From assembly GCA_031549605.1 (NCBI GenBank), contig JAVBPM010000005.1, positions 2,315-66,314 on the forward strand: 64,000 nt of DNA, in the 5' to 3' direction. Position numbers and translations under genes: made by a program. This document shows, piece after piece, positions 53,981 through 62,665 of the stretch. Origin of the DNA: Oscillospiraceae bacterium. Lineage in GTDB: Bacteria; Bacillota; Clostridia; Oscillospirales; UBA929. The notes beneath the pieces were generated by a model that was given only the letters and a program-made list of their open reading frames with translations, did not search any database and had not been told where the DNA came from. Position 1 is the first letter of the stretch; every line of letters begins with the position of its first letter.

Positions 53981-54928
53981 ATGCAAGACTGGCAGCTCAC
54001 CAAACCGGCTCATTTAACCATACCTGCCCGCGCGGCGCGCTCGCTGATTAACGAGCGCGCCGGCGACGCCTTGCTGCTGTATTTTCACATGCAGCTGGCC
54101 GGCGGACGGCTCAACGGCAAAGGCGCCATGGAGGAGCTGGACCTGACCGCCGACCAACTTAACAGCGCGCTACATACGCTGCAGCAGCTCGGCTTGGCCG
54201 ATGTCGAGGGCGCCGCCGTCCGCGCGCTGCAGAGCGAGAAGCGGCCCGATTACTCGCCCGACGAGCTGACGGCCAGCCTACAGCGCGACAACCATTTTCA
54301 GCAGCTGACCGAGGATGTGTCGCGCAAAATGGGTAAAATTCTGTCCAACAGCGACTTGGCGACATTACTGGGATTGTACACCTGGCTGGGTCTGCCCGCC
54401 GACGTCATCAGCCTGCTGGTGGTCTATTGCCAAACCGAGCACCGGCGCCGTATGGGCACCGGAGGCCGCGGCCCTACGCTGCGACAAATTGAGAAAACGG
54501 CCATTGAGTGGGAGAAGCAGGGACTGGTCACCGCCGAGCGGTGCGAGGCGTGGATGGTCGAGCGCGAACGGCTGCAGTCGACCACGGCTCAGCTGGCGCG
54601 CGCGGTGCAGATTACTGGCCGCGTGCCCACCAACAGCGAGGAGGGCTATCTCCAGCGCTGGGCGACAATGGGACTGTCGCCAGAATTGGTTTACGAGGCG
54701 TACGACCGCACGGTGCTGCGCTGCGGCAAAATGGAGTGGAAGTACATTGACGCCATTTTGGGCAACTGGCACCAAAAAGGCCTGTTGACCGTGGACGATG
54801 TGCGCGGTGGCGACAAAAAAAGCACCTTTGACAACGCCAAGGACAAGCGCAAGACGGGGCAGCCGGGTGATTTCGAGCGGCTGGCCGTCGAGCAAATGCG
54901 TCTACTGCGGCAGAAAAAGGAGGACTAA
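53981..54928 (+). CDS. DnaD-domain replication initiation / helicase-loading protein (DnaB/DnaD-like)
   Basis: Two DnaD-type (DnaB_2) C-terminal repeats: ...LLGLYTWLGLPADVISLLVVYC... and YLQRWATMGLSPELVYEAYDRTV...YIDAILGNWHQKGLLTVDDV. Confidence 0.75.
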   Translation: MQDWQLTKPAHLTIPARAARSLINERAGDALLLYFHMQLAGGRLNGKGAMEELDLTADQLNSALHTLQQLGLADVEGAAVRALQSEKRPDYSPDELTASLQRDNHFQQLTEDVSRKMGKILSNSDLATLLGLYTWLGLPADVISLLVVYCQTEHRRRMGTGGRGPTLRQIEKTAIEWEKQGLVTAERCEAWMVERERLQSTTAQLARAVQITGRVPTNSEEGYLQRWATMGLSPELVYEAYDRTVLRCGKMEWKYIDAILGNWHQKGLLTVDDVRGGDKKSTFDNAKDKRKTGQPGDFERLAVEQMRLLRQKKED

Positions 54929-54931
54929 GCC

Positions 54932-55921
54932 ATGCCCTATTCGGCAGAACTGGTCAATACGGCGCTGGCGCAGCTGCGCGCGCGTCGACATCGTGATGAG
55001 GCGGCGTTGATTGAGCGGCGTACGCGGCTCTATGAGCATCTGCCCGACTTACAGCGGCTGGACGCACAGCTGGTCACGACGGTGTCGCGGCTGTTGACGC
55101 TGCCGCGTGACGAGACCGAGCAGGAGTGGGCGCTGGCCGAGCTGCGCGCCGAGAACCTGCGTTTGCAGGCGGAACGAGCCGCCTTGCTGGAGGACAACGG
55201 CTATGACGCCGATGTGTTGGATTTGCCCATCTACTGCACCAACTGCAACGACAGCGGTTACGCCGACGGCGCAACCTGTGGTTGCGTTGAGGCGCTATGT
55301 GCCGCCGAACAGCGCAAGCGGCTGAGCCATATGCTCGACCTGCGCGGTCAGACCTTTGACTCGTTTGACCTATCCTATTACAGCACGCAGGTCGACCAAG
55401 CCATGGGTGACAGTCCGCGTGCGCTGGCCGAAATCAGCCTGCGCTATTGCCGGCGTTACGCCGCCGAGTTTTCGCTTGACAGTCCCAGCTTACTGCTGCT
55501 GGGCAAGCCGGGTTTGGGCAAGACTTTTTTATCGGCCGCCATCGCCGGCGTCGTGGCGGGAAATGGCTTTTCGGTCGTCTACGACAGCATTGGCGCCATC
55601 ATTACCACGATGGAGGCCGAAAAGTTTGAGCGCCGCGACGGCACGCAGGGCAGCGAGCGCTATCTAAACTGCGACCTGCTTATTCTCGACGATTTGGGCA
55701 CGGAAATGGCCACACCCTTTGCCCAATCGGCATTGTACACGCTTGTCAACCAACGGTTGACAAGCAGCCGACCCACCATTATCAGCACCAATTTGACGAT
55801 GGACGAGCTGGGCAAACGCTATAACCCCGCTCTGCTCAGCCGTTTGCGCGGCGTTTATGAGACGCTTTTTTTCCTCGGCGAGGACATTCGCCAGCAGAAA
55901 AGGCGCTTCACCCAGCCTTAA
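54932..55921 (+). CDS. DnaI/DnaC-like AAA+ helicase loader
   Basis: Zinc-binding CTNCNDSGY...CGC, Walker A GKPGLGKTF, Walker B LLILDDLG. Directly downstream of the DnaD-like gene. Confidence 0.8.
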   Translation: MPYSAELVNTALAQLRARRHRDEAALIERRTRLYEHLPDLQRLDAQLVTTVSRLLTLPRDETEQEWALAELRAENLRLQAERAALLEDNGYDADVLDLPIYCTNCNDSGYADGATCGCVEALCAAEQRKRLSHMLDLRGQTFDSFDLSYYSTQVDQAMGDSPRALAEISLRYCRRYAAEFSLDSPSLLLLGKPGLGKTFLSAAIAGVVAGNGFSVVYDSIGAIITTMEAEKFERRDGTQGSERYLNCDLLILDDLGTEMATPFAQSALYTLVNQRLTSSRPTIISTNLTMDELGKRYNPALLSRLRGVYETLFFLGEDIRQQKRRFTQP

Positions 55922-56014
55922 ATTGTGAACAAGCTTTACAAATTGTTCACTTTTTCGCCCATTCGTTGCCGTATACTGGTTCTAACCTACTGACAACTGT
56001 GTGGAGGGAACAAG

Positions 56015-56704
56015 ATGGCAACCAAGGTGCTGATTATTGAGGACGATCACAACATAGCCCAGCTGCTCCGTTTGTATATGGAGAAGGAGGATTATGTGGT
56101 TGAGACGGCCGGCGACGGCCACACCGGCCTTGAGCTGTTCCACAGCTTTCAGCCGAACCTGGTGCTGCTTGACCTCATGCTGCCGGGCATTGACGGCTGG
56201 CAGATTTGCCGCGCCATCCGCGCCGCCGGTCCGACGCCGGTCATCATGCTGACGGCCAAGGACGAGAGCTTTGACAAAATTGCGGGGTTGGAAATGGGCG
56301 CCGACGACTATGTGACCAAGCCCTTTGACGCCAAGGAACTGGTGGCGCGCGTACACGCCGTGCTGCGCCGCACGATGCCCGGCGGCGACAACAAAGAGCG
56401 CGTGCTTGGCTTTGACAAGCTGATTATTAACCTTGACGCCTATGAGCTGCTGGTCGACGGCCAGCGGGTCGACGCGCCGCCCAAGGAGATGGAGCTGCTG
56501 TTTCATCTGGCCTCCTCGCCCAACCGCGTTTTTTCGCGCAATAGCCTGCTGGACGAGGTGTGGGGGTTTGACTACTTTGGCGACTCACGCACGGTCGACG
56601 TGCACATCAAGCGCCTGCGCGAGAAGCTGGAGGGCGTTAGCCAGCAGTGGGCACTCAAGACAGTGTGGGGTGTCGGCTATAAGTTTGAGGTCATGCGCCC
56701 ATGA
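56015..56704 (+). CDS. OmpR/PhoB-family response regulator (WalR-like)
   Basis: Receiver LVLLDLMLPG..., DDYVTKPF, winged-helix C-terminus ...TVWGVGYKF. Confidence 0.9.
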   Translation: MATKVLIIEDDHNIAQLLRLYMEKEDYVVETAGDGHTGLELFHSFQPNLVLLDLMLPGIDGWQICRAIRAAGPTPVIMLTAKDESFDKIAGLEMGADDYVTKPFDAKELVARVHAVLRRTMPGGDNKERVLGFDKLIINLDAYELLVDGQRVDAPPKEMELLFHLASSPNRVFSRNSLLDEVWGFDYFGDSRTVDVHIKRLREKLEGVSQQWALKTVWGVGYKFEVMRP

Positions 56705-58143
56705 AATCGGCTTTTCTACGCTATTTCCGCATGACTGCGCTGCTGTTATTTGTCAGCGTGCTGTCGATTGGAGTTGCCTTTTCCGGCCTAATTCGCAATT
56801 ACATTGCCGACCAGCGCGCGGCCCAGCTGCACAAGCACGCCGAAAGCTTGCGCACTTACGCTTCTCAGACCATCAACAATTCGCCCTTTATGGCACAGGA
56901 CAGCTCGTTTCGACGTACCATCAATTTGGTGGCCAACGTTTCGGATACGCAAATTCTGCTCGTTGATCTCAACGGCAACATCACCTTTGAGTCGGAAAAC
57001 TCGGTCGAAAAGACGGCAGGCGTCACCTCGGTCAGCCTCGATCTGGTCGACAACGTGTTAGACGGCCTGATGTTTGACAAAACGCGCAATTTTGAGGGCA
57101 CGCTGGGCGGCTATTACAGCAAGCCGCAAAGCACAGAGGTCGTGCCGGTTGTGTACAACGACCAGTACATCGCGCTTTTCTTTGTCTCTATGCCGGCCAA
57201 CAACTACGCGCCGCTAGCCACGGAGCTGCTGCGCATTTTCCTGCTGGTGTCGCTTCTGGTGCTGTTGATTGCGGCTGTGTTTGCCTATGTGCTGTCGCGC
57301 CGCATGATGCGGCCGCTGCGCTATATGCACACCGTTGTCTCCAGCTTCACGCTGGGTGATTTCGGCGCTCGCATCCCCATCACCGGCAAGCGTGACGACG
57401 AGTTTGTCGAGCTGGCGCGCGCCTTTAACTCGATGGCCGACGCGCTGGCGCAGGGTGAGACGCTGCGTCGCGGCTTTATCGCCAACATCAGCCACGAAAT
57501 GCGGACGCCCATGACCAACGTGCTGGGCTATATCAACGGCGTGCTGGACGGCACCATTCCGCCCGAGAGCACACAGCACTACCTCGGCATTATCAGCGAC
57601 GAAATCCAGCGCCTGTCGCGATTGATTCAGCGTATGATGGACCTGGCGCGGCTACAGTCGAGCCAATACGCCGTGCATCCGCGGCCGCTGCCGCTCAACG
57701 AGCTGGCCACGCGCGTGCTGCTCTCGTTTGAGACAAAAATCAATCAGCACAGCCTTGAGGTTGAGGCCGATTTTCCCGACGACAGCTGGTGCATGGCCGA
57801 CGCCGACGCCATTACACAGGTGCTGTTTAACCTGATTGAAAACGCCATCAAGTTTGCCGATGAGGGCTCGACGCTGCTGCTGGCGCTTTCGCACGGCGGC
57901 GGCAAGGTTTTTTTCTCGGTCAGTAACCATGGCACGCCGATACCGCCCGATGAGCTGCCCTTTATTTTTGACCGCTTTCACAAGGCCGACCGCTCGCGCG
58001 CGCTTGACCCGACCGGACTCGGGCTCGGTCTGTATTTGGTGAAAACGATTGTCAACGCCCACGGTGAGCAGGTTTCGGCGACCAGTCAGGGCGGCCTGAC
58101 CACCTTTGTCTTTTCACTGCCCAGCTGCAAAAAACCGAATTAG
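56701..58143 (+). CDS. sensor histidine kinase (two TM, extracytoplasmic loop, HAMP, HisKA, HATPase_c)
   Basis: H-box SHEMRTPMT, N-box NLIENAIKF, G-boxes. ATGA overlap with the regulator gene. Confidence 0.9.
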   Translation: MKSAFLRYFRMTALLLFVSVLSIGVAFSGLIRNYIADQRAAQLHKHAESLRTYASQTINNSPFMAQDSSFRRTINLVANVSDTQILLVDLNGNITFESENSVEKTAGVTSVSLDLVDNVLDGLMFDKTRNFEGTLGGYYSKPQSTEVVPVVYNDQYIALFFVSMPANNYAPLATELLRIFLLVSLLVLLIAAVFAYVLSRRMMRPLRYMHTVVSSFTLGDFGARIPITGKRDDEFVELARAFNSMADALAQGETLRRGFIANISHEMRTPMTNVLGYINGVLDGTIPPESTQHYLGIISDEIQRLSRLIQRMMDLARLQSSQYAVHPRPLPLNELATRVLLSFETKINQHSLEVEADFPDDSWCMADADAITQVLFNLIENAIKFADEGSTLLLALSHGGGKVFFSVSNHGTPIPPDELPFIFDRFHKADRSRALDPTGLGLGLYLVKTIVNAHGEQVSATSQGGLTTFVFSLPSCKKPN

Positions 58144-58153
58144 GAGCATCAGT

Positions 58154-59398
58154 ATGCCGAAAAAAAAGAGTGACCGCGCCTTTATTTTCACTGTTGTCGT
58201 GCTGACAACGGTGTTGTTTGGCATTATCACGACCGCCATTGTGCTGTTTACCGCCGGCCATGTCAAGATTTACTCCAACAACGGACATCTGACCATTGGC
58301 GTGCCGCCGGCATCCTTGGCGCCCACCGGCGCGGTACCGCCAGCCGACGGCTCGTCGCCAACGCCCTACGATGGCAGTCCCACGCCCGTGCCTACCTATC
58401 CCGGCGCGCAGTCGGGCAGCGGCGGTGTGGACGCGACGGTGCAAATTCTGCCGCCGCCCGTGGCGGCGACACCGCAGCCGGTGCTTGACGGCGTGCTGAC
58501 CACCGAGCAAATCGGCCAGCTGCTGACGCCCTCTGTTGTCGGTATTACCAGCACCAACAACGGTGTTGAAGGCGAAGCGACCGGCACCGGCATGATTTTC
58601 AGTGCCGACGGGCTGATTTTAACCAACAACCATGTCATCGAAGGCTTTGACACACTGACGGTCACGCTTTTCGACACTTCAGAGCACCCCGCGACGCTTA
58701 TTGGCCGCGACCGGCAGACCGATTTGGCCGTGCTGAAAATTGAGGCGGGTAAACCGTTGCGAGCGGTTGTCTTCGGCAATTCCGACCAGTTGTCGGTGGG
58801 CGAGCGCGCTGTGTGTATTGGCAACCCCTTCGGGCTTGAGCTGTCAGGCACGCTGACGCAGGGCGTTATCAGCGCTGTCAATCGCAGCATTTCGGTCGAC
58901 GATTTGACCATGACGGTCATCCAGATTGACGCCGCTGTCAATCCCGGCAACTCGGGTGGCCCGCTGATTAACCAGTACGGGCAGGTGGTCGGCGTCATTA
59001 GCAGCAAGCTGATGGGTAGCTTCAACACCGCCGTCGAGGGGCTTGGTTTTGCGATACCCATCGTTAAAGCCGCCCCGATTATTAACCAGCTGTTATCAAC
59101 CGGCTACATCGCAGGACGTCCGGCTATCGGCATTACCGGCACTGATACTCCGGCTCAAGGCGACGCGCCGGCCGGCTTTTTGGTTGCGACCGTGAGCCTC
59201 GACAGTGACGCCCACCGTGCCGGCATTAAGCCGGGCGACATCATCTACACCTTTAACGGGAAGACCATTACCACGCGCACCGAAATCAACGTCATTAAAA
59301 ACGACCTGAAAGCCGGCGACACTATTACCGTAGGCGTCTACCGCGACGGCGATCGTTTTGATGTAGATTTTAAGCTGATGGACGAGAGCGGCCATTAA
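58154..59398 (+). CDS. htrA: HtrA/DegP-family serine protease with a PDZ domain, membrane-anchored
   Basis: Catalytic TNNHV ... DLAVL ... GNSGGPL triad. C-terminal PDZ (GIKPGDIIYTFNG). AGGAG RBS. Confidence 0.9.
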   Translation: MPKKKSDRAFIFTVVVLTTVLFGIITTAIVLFTAGHVKIYSNNGHLTIGVPPASLAPTGAVPPADGSSPTPYDGSPTPVPTYPGAQSGSGGVDATVQILPPPVAATPQPVLDGVLTTEQIGQLLTPSVVGITSTNNGVEGEATGTGMIFSADGLILTNNHVIEGFDTLTVTLFDTSEHPATLIGRDRQTDLAVLKIEAGKPLRAVVFGNSDQLSVGERAVCIGNPFGLELSGTLTQGVISAVNRSISVDDLTMTVIQIDAAVNPGNSGGPLINQYGQVVGVISSKLMGSFNTAVEGLGFAIPIVKAAPIINQLLSTGYIAGRPAIGITGTDTPAQGDAPAGFLVATVSLDSDAHRAGIKPGDIIYTFNGKTITTRTEINVIKNDLKAGDTITVGVYRDGDRFDVDFKLMDESGH

Positions 59399-59661
59399 CT
59401 TGACTTGGCACGCTGCAGACTGACAAAGACGTGCGCAGGCAAAGAAACGCTGTCCGTCGGCGTAGGATGGTACGCTAGGACAGCGTTTTTGCAGCAAGTA
59501 AAACCATTGCGGCGCAACGACCTTGTCGATGCGCCGCAAATCATTACCCGGGTATCAATACGCAGCCTCACGCCGCCGTGTCCTCTCTTTCCTGATACTG
59601 GTTTTACGGTGCGCGCTTTTTTGACAGTCTGCAAAGGACGCAGGGCAAGCCTGCGTCCTTT
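59397..59661 (-). mobile_element. MITE-like non-coding element, copy 3 (core 59397-59631, inverted) plus one adjoining terminator hairpin (59633-59661)
   Basis: The reverse complement starts with the same 33 nt as copies 1 and 2 and shares the conserved about 150-nt hairpin region. It lacks the TTTTTTGAC end and the second hairpin copy. Its truncated end abuts the htrA stop codon. Confidence 0.65.
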
Positions 59662-59675
59662 TGTTCTATCAATTA

Positions 59676-60404
59676 TTACAGCAGCGCGTCGAGTGCGCCG
59701 ATGGCGACGTCTATGGCCTGTTGCCCGTTGACAAACCGGCCGGTGCCGCCGCTGTCCTGATTCCACACCGTTTGCAGCACGGTGCCGACGCGCACGCCCA
59801 GCGCGGCACCGACGACGTAGAGTGCCGCCGTTTCCATTTCCGAGGCCAGGACGTTGAGTCGTTTCCATGCCGTCCAGTAGGCGATAAGCTGCTCGGAAAC
59901 CGGCATGCGCTGTGGGTCGTGCTGGCCGTAGAAGCTGTCCTTGGACTGCACGACGCCGACGTGGTATGGCAGCTGTTGCGCCTGTGCGCTGTCGGCCAGC
60001 GCGCGCAGGACGGCGTAGTCGGCAGTGGCAGGGTAGTGCAGCGGCGCGTATTCGCGCGTGGTGCCCTCCTGACGGCAGGCGGCGCTGGCAATGACGACAT
60101 CGCCGCCCTTGACCTGCTCAGCAATGCCGCCGCAGGTGCCGATGCGAACGGCGGTCTTGACGCCCAGCGCGGCCAGCTCCTCCAGCGCGATAGCGGCACT
60201 GGGGCCGCCGATGCCGGTGCTGGTAACGGTAATCAGCTCGCCCTTGTATCGACCGGTGTAGGTAACAAATTCACGGTTGGCAGCGGCCAACCGCGGCTGC
60301 TCAAGCCGCGCGGCGATGGTCTCGACGCGCCCGGGGTCGCCCGGCAGCAGGGCAATACGTCCGACGTCCTCGGGCCGGCAGTGCAGATGAAAGGCGGGTT
60401 GCAT
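59676..60404 (-). CDS. udp: uridine phosphorylase (PNP/UDP family 1)
   Basis: LLPGDPGRVETIA ... STGIGGPSAAIALEELAALG ... RIGTCGG. Closer to Udp than to DeoD strings as I recall them. Confidence 0.7.
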   Translation of the reverse strand: MQPAFHLHCRPEDVGRIALLPGDPGRVETIAARLEQPRLAAANREFVTYTGRYKGELITVTSTGIGGPSAAIALEELAALGVKTAVRIGTCGGIAEQVKGGDVVIASAACRQEGTTREYAPLHYPATADYAVLRALADSAQAQQLPYHVGVVQSKDSFYGQHDPQRMPVSEQLIAYWTAWKRLNVLASEMETAALYVVGAALGVRVGTVLQTVWNQDSGGTGRFVNGQQAIDVAIGALDALL

Positions 60405-60413
60405 ACGCGCACC

Positions 60414-61847
60414 CTATATGGGTGCGCCCACGATGTGGACGCGCTGCATGTTGGTGGCCGGGCCTCCTTGTGCGTGCAGTGGCAGGCCGGCGGTCAGCAC
60501 TACGAGGTCGCCATCCTTAACGTAGCCGGCGTCTTGTGCCGCTTTGACGGCGTTGGCCATCAACTGCTCGCTGGTGTCCACAATGGTGGTCATCACGGGC
60601 CGCACGCCCCAGAACAGCGCCATCTGGTGGTAGGTTTTCTCCACCGGCGTACAACCGATAATCATGCAGTCGGGGCGGTGCTTGGCGATATGCTGCGCTG
60701 TTTCGCCGCTCTTGGTGATGGTGATAATGGCCTTGGCGTTAAGGTCGGTGGCCGTGGTGCAGGTAGAGTGGCTGATGGCGTTGGCAATCATGGTGTTCTG
60801 GTCGGTGACGATGTTGCGCGTGTGCTTGACCGGTACATAGCCGGCCTCGGTGCACTTGGCAATGCGCACCATCGTCTGCACCGTTTCAACCGGGTACAGG
60901 CCGCTGGCCGTCTCGCCCGACAACATAATGGCGCTGGTGTTGTCGTAAATGGCATTGGCGACGTCGGTCACCTCGGCGCGGGTCGGGCGGGGGTTTTGCG
61001 TCATCGAGTCCAGCATCTGGGTGGCGGTAATGACCGGCTTACCCCAGTAGAGCCCCTTGCGAATCAGCTTCTTTTGGATGATGGGCAGCTCTTCGAGCGC
61101 GACCTCGACGCCCATGTCCCCGCGCGCGACCATGATGCCGTCAGCGGCATCAAAAATGTCGTCAACCTCGGCGATGCCCTCGGCGTTTTCAATCTTGGCA
61201 ATAATGCGCAGCCTGTCGCCGCCCATGTCGTGCAGCGCCTCGCGCAGCGCCCTAATATCGGCGGCGTTGCGCGTGAACGAAGCGGCGACGTAGTCGAAGT
61301 CGTTGTCGACGGCAAATTGCAGGTCTTTCTTGTCCTGTTGGGACAGGAAGGGCATGTGCAGCTTGACGTTGGGCACGTTAATGCCCTTGCGCGAGTTGAT
61401 TTTGCCGCTGTTCATGACCATTGTATAGATGTTTTGCGAGTCGGTGCGCTCGACAGTCAGCGCAATCAGCCCGTCGTCGAGCAGTATTTGGTCGCCGGCT
61501 TTGACGTCCCGCGGCAGCTCGTCGTAACTGATACCGATGCGCTCGGCGGTGCCCTCACACTCCTGCGTCGTCAGCGTCAGCGTCTGACCTTTTTGCAGCA
61601 TGATGGGGCCATCTTTGACAAGGCCGGTGCGGATTTCAGGGCCGCGTGTATCGGCCAGCAGTGCCAAGGGCATGTTAAGCTCGGCACGCAACTTTTTGGC
61701 CATCAGCACACGCTTGAGCTGTTCGTCGTGGTCGCCGTGGGAAAAGTTGAAGCGCACAACGTTGGCGCCGGCCAACAGCAGCTCGCGCATGGTCTTTTCT
61801 TCACCGCTGGCGGGGCCGAGGGTGGCTACAATTTTTGTTTTACGCAT
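60414..61847 (-). CDS. pyk: pyruvate kinase
   Basis: MRKTKIVATLGPAS ... NFSHG ... MVARGDMGVE. Confidence 0.95.
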   Translation of the reverse strand: MRKTKIVATLGPASGEEKTMRELLLAGANVVRFNFSHGDHDEQLKRVLMAKKLRAELNMPLALLADTRGPEIRTGLVKDGPIMLQKGQTLTLTTQECEGTAERIGISYDELPRDVKAGDQILLDDGLIALTVERTDSQNIYTMVMNSGKINSRKGINVPNVKLHMPFLSQQDKKDLQFAVDNDFDYVAASFTRNAADIRALREALHDMGGDRLRIIAKIENAEGIAEVDDIFDAADGIMVARGDMGVEVALEELPIIQKKLIRKGLYWGKPVITATQMLDSMTQNPRPTRAEVTDVANAIYDNTSAIMLSGETASGLYPVETVQTMVRIAKCTEAGYVPVKHTRNIVTDQNTMIANAISHSTCTTATDLNAKAIITITKSGETAQHIAKHRPDCMIIGCTPVEKTYHQMALFWGVRPVMTTIVDTSEQLMANAVKAAQDAGYVKDGDLVVLTAGLPLHAQGGPATNMQRVHIVGAPI

Positions 61848-61990
61848 GGGTCAACATCACCATTCTTTTTATAGTGTTTCCAGTATATCAAAATTGAGCC
61901 GGTGCGACAAGATTGTTTTACCACTTTTCGTAGGCTTTCCCACGTATGCCGCCGATACGCAATAGGCAGACTAGCAGCGAGGTGATTATT

Positions 61991-62605
61991 ATGAAACGCT
62001 GGATTATACACTGCTGTGCGGTCGCTTTTGCGTTGACAGCACTGCTTTTGCCGGTGCAAGCGCAGCCGGGCTCGTGCACGGTGCGCAACGGTGACACACT
62101 CGATTCGATTGCCAAGCGCTATCAAATTAATATTAACGAGCTGCGCAAGGCCAACCCGCAGTGTGGCAAGGGCACCGCGCTCAAGCCGGGCCAGAAGGTC
62201 AGTATTCCCAACACCGACAAGCTGGCCGGTCTCGAGGAGGAAGTGGCGCGCCTGGTCAATCAAGAGCGCGCCAAGCGCAAGCTGCCGGCGCTGGCCTACA
62301 ACGCCGAGCTGTGTCGGCTGGCGCGCATGAAATCGCAGGACTTTATCAACAAGGGCTATTTTGCCCACCAGTCGCCGACTTACGGCAGTCCCTTTGATAT
62401 GCTCAAGCGCAACGGCATCAAGTACACGTCGGCGGGCGAGAACATCGCCAAGGGTCAGCCGACGGCGCAGTCTGTGATGGCCGGCTGGATGGCGTCGACG
62501 GGTCACCGCGGCAACATCCTGTCGTCCGCCTTTACCAAGATTGGCGTCGGTGCGGCTAAGGACTCTAAAGGAAATTTGTACTGGACACAGCTGTTTATCC
62601 GCTAA
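61991..62605 (+). CDS. secreted LysM + CAP/SCP (YkwD-like) domain protein
   Basis: Signal peptide, LysM (CTVRNGDTLDSIAKRYQININELRKANP), CAP domain ending GHRGNILS...IGVG. Confidence 0.85.
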   Translation: MKRWIIHCCAVAFALTALLLPVQAQPGSCTVRNGDTLDSIAKRYQININELRKANPQCGKGTALKPGQKVSIPNTDKLAGLEEEVARLVNQERAKRKLPALAYNAELCRLARMKSQDFINKGYFAHQSPTYGSPFDMLKRNGIKYTSAGENIAKGQPTAQSVMAGWMASTGHRGNILSSAFTKIGVGAAKDSKGNLYWTQLFIR

Positions 62606-62625
62606 TTCCTACTCTTTTCTATGCA

Positions 62626-62663
62626 AAAAGCAATGCCGCAACCAATGGTTGCGGCATTGCGCT
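62626..62663 (-). terminator. terminator hairpin downstream of the minD-like gene (possibly bidirectional)
   Basis: GCAATGCCGCAACCAATGGTTGCGGCATTGC. On the minus strand it is followed by CTTTTTGC. The apex is a copy of the iterated palindrome. Confidence 0.6.
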
Positions 62664-62665
62664 GT

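Noticed and set aside
53981-55921. dnaD-like plus dnaI/dnaC-like pair as a possible prophage or ICE replication module
   Set aside because: No integrase, repressor, terminase, structural genes or att-like repeats are nearby. The flanks are pepF and a two-component system, and composition matches the surroundings. A chromosomal helicase-loader pair is more likely.
59661-61874. 737-aa plus-strand ORF, the longest uninterrupted frame in this region
   Set aside because: It is entirely antisense to udp and pyk, which have unmistakable motifs. Its translation is Gly/Ala/Val/Arg/Leu-rich with no motifs or RBS, a typical stop-poor antisense frame of GC-rich DNA.
5716-62652. Interpreting GCAACC-N3-GGTTGC as a restriction-modification target or as small rho-independent terminators
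   Set aside because: RM targets are normally avoided rather than enriched. Most copies lie inside ORFs with no U-tract, and a 6-bp stem with a 3-nt loop is a poor terminator. The observation is kept as an unexplained over-represented word.
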